Source: Octopus bimaculoides (Eukaryota). From it: a stretch of DNA of 50,798 bases. A program made the position numbers and the translations under genes. A model generated the notes under the pieces. The model saw only the letters and a program-made list of their open reading frames with translations, had not been told where the DNA came from and did no database searches. The DNA lies in contig NC_068982.1 in assembly GCF_001194135.2 (NCBI RefSeq), positions 137,342,001 through 137,392,798 of the forward strand, given 5' to 3'. This document shows, piece after piece, positions 48,915-50,798 of the stretch; the first letter of the stretch is position 1, and every line of letters starts with the position of its first letter.

Positions 48915-50035
48915 CTTAAAGAGAGGCTCCTATCAGTCCTCTTTGGTCAGTACAGAGATGACGCTTAGACTATCTCTATAGGAGCTAATAAACATACCCT
49001 CGATAGGCTTAGGAAGGATCTAATTAGCATCCTTAGCTCCATGGGACTCAAGATTTCAATCGAGACCAACCTTACCATTGTGAACTTTTTAAATGTTACG
49101 TTGGACCTACAGCAAACCAAACCTCCTGCCACCCCGCTATCGTGTTCAAAAACCAAGTGTAGGGTGTCAGCAAGAGGATTTCGAATCTATCCTCCAATCA
49201 AGAGATTTCCGATGCTGCTGCCCCCAATTACAATGAGGTTCTGGCGTCCAGAGGGATTAAGGACTGCATCTCCCATATGCCTGGCCCTAGCACTTGCAAA
49301 GGAAAGCAGCACTGTAAAGTCATTTGATTTGGCCCATCCTTTTCACTCAACATCAAGATTTGTGTGGGAAGAATATTCCTTAGATTGGTGGACAAACACT
49401 TCACACAGTCACGTAGATACGGATGTTTGTTTAATAGACACAACTGAAGGGTCTCTTTAGTTGCATGCCCAGTATTAAGAAAATATTAGTGAGCACCCTC
49501 AAACCACAAGCAGAAGCAGGATGTTGATGCAGGGTATACAGTGACTGCTTGGTTGGTGGGGATGATACAAAGCTGAGGGGGTCATGTATGAGGCTGAGGT
49601 GGTGAGCAGCTCTGGCAACCAGAACAGCAGCATAGGTAGTAATGGCACCAATGACATGTCCACCGAAAACAACAGCAATGGCAGCAGTGTTTCAAGCAGC
49701 AAAGGCAGCAATACCCACAGCAACAACAACACCAACAATGCCGTTGGCAATGGTGGCTTCACTAGTGGCAATGACAGCACCAGGGATCACATCCAGGAAT
49801 AACAGCAATGGCAATGACTCCAGTAACAACACCTGTAACAACAGTAACAACAAGCCCAGTGTTAAAGAAAGAGACAACAGCAGCTGTAACACATCTAATG
49901 CACAGACATGGAAATATGTCGGTTCCACAGGTGGTCCCTTTGAGCAGTGTCTGAGCAGCCACGGGTTCTCTTTTAGGATACCCGAGAGGCACATCACATC
50001 CCTGGCCAACCACTTATGGTATTTAAAAGAGGAGA
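48915..50035 (+). mobile_element. Decayed Penelope-like retroelement (RT C-terminal part plus GIY-YIG endonuclease)
   Basis: YRDD at 48951-48962, GLKISIETNLTIVNFL.VTLDL, SKRISNLSSNQEI.DAAAPNYNEVL, FGPSFSLN.K..VGRIFLRLVDKHF, VSFSCMPS, VMYEAEV ... KYVGST.GPF.Q..SSH..SF..LANHLWYLKE. Stops and frameshifts throughout. Confidence 0.85.
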
Positions 50036-50050
50036 GCCACCATGCATTCT

Positions 50051-50263
50051 TTTCTACTCTAGGCACAAGGCCCAAAATTTTTGGGGAGGGGGCCAGTCGA
50101 TTAGATCAGACCCCCAGTACGTAACAGGTACTTAATTTATCGATCGCGAAAGGATGAAAAGGTAAAGTCAACCTCGGCGGAATTTGAACTCAGAATGTAA
50201 AGACAGACAAAATACTGCTTAGCATTTCGCCTGGCGTGCTAACGTTTCTGCCAGCTCGCCACC
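50051..50263 (-). mobile_element. tRNA-derived SINE family B
   Basis: Minus strand ggcgagctggcagaaacgttagcac...gagttcaaattccgccgaggttgactttaccttttcatcc...aggcacaaggcc-derived 3' end. Confidence 0.82.
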
Positions 50264-50753
50264 ATACATTATTAAATGGAAGCTCCTTGAACAACTAGGG
50301 TCATATATCGGCAGGAGTAAACAATGTAAGCTTAACTGGTGACAGAAAGCAAGAATCCTGAAAATCTCACTTGACCCAAGGAGCTTTTTAAACTCCAAGA
50401 AAGTAGGTAATGTCCTCATTTGAGGCATTTCTTGTTACAAGCTTGGCACTTCTCATTCATCTAATAGGACCACATCATCAACTTAGTGAGCCACCATGGC
50501 TGGAACCAATGTAAGGGGCACAACCCCATCCTGCCTGAAACCCTAACTGTAGGGTCACTCTTGGTGTATTTTTTTGTTTAAAAAACTAACTGACCATGAT
50601 GTTTTCCTCCCTGCAGTTGTAGAGAGGTTATGTACCTCTGACCATTTGAGTCAGATGAGTCACTTATAAAGCTAAGTGTCTAATGGGTGTGAAACCTGTG
50701 GTCACTCTTTGACTGACCATAACAATCAACCTTCTAAAAATATGTTATGTATG

Positions 50754-50798
<45 letters not shown>

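Noticed and set aside
50590-50650. ttttcctccctgcag as acceptor for FOXRED1 exon 2
   Set aside because: The downstream sequence does not encode the expected Y..AST.LS.GG motif; exon 2 probably lies beyond the window.

Overview
AT-rich, microsatellite- and retroposon-dense eukaryotic genomic DNA. The SINE/RTE repertoire resembles what I recall for octopus (inference). Three spliced genes could be reconstructed by hand. (1) The last two coding exons of an endophilin-B (SH3GLB) gene on + (10130-10376, 15174-15281). (2) A complete 11-exon AAMP-like WD40 gene on - (ATG 46259 to stop 16921, about 404 aa; every junction is GT-AG and phase-consistent). (3) The first coding exon of a FOXRED1-like FAD oxidoreductase on + (46972-47262), head-to-head with AAMP about 710 bp away. 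The introns hold RTE-clade LINE fragments, two tRNA-type SINE families, an internally deleted piggyBac with related MITEs, hAT and Tc1/mariner MITEs, Helentron-like elements and a decayed Penelope-like element. The most striking observation is a 100% identical 129-bp inverted copy of the AAMP exon-3 splice-acceptor region 2.7 kb away in the next intron, which could sequester a frame-neutral exon in dsRNA. Others are a modular array of about 65-nt hairpin units in the RTE 3'UTR, an about 100-codon Asn/Ser-rich insert inside the Penelope GIY-YIG nuclease, and a CpG-rich hairpin in AAMP intron 1. No CRISPR, rRNA or genuine tRNA genes were seen. Most ORFs in the supplied track are spurious repeat-derived frames.
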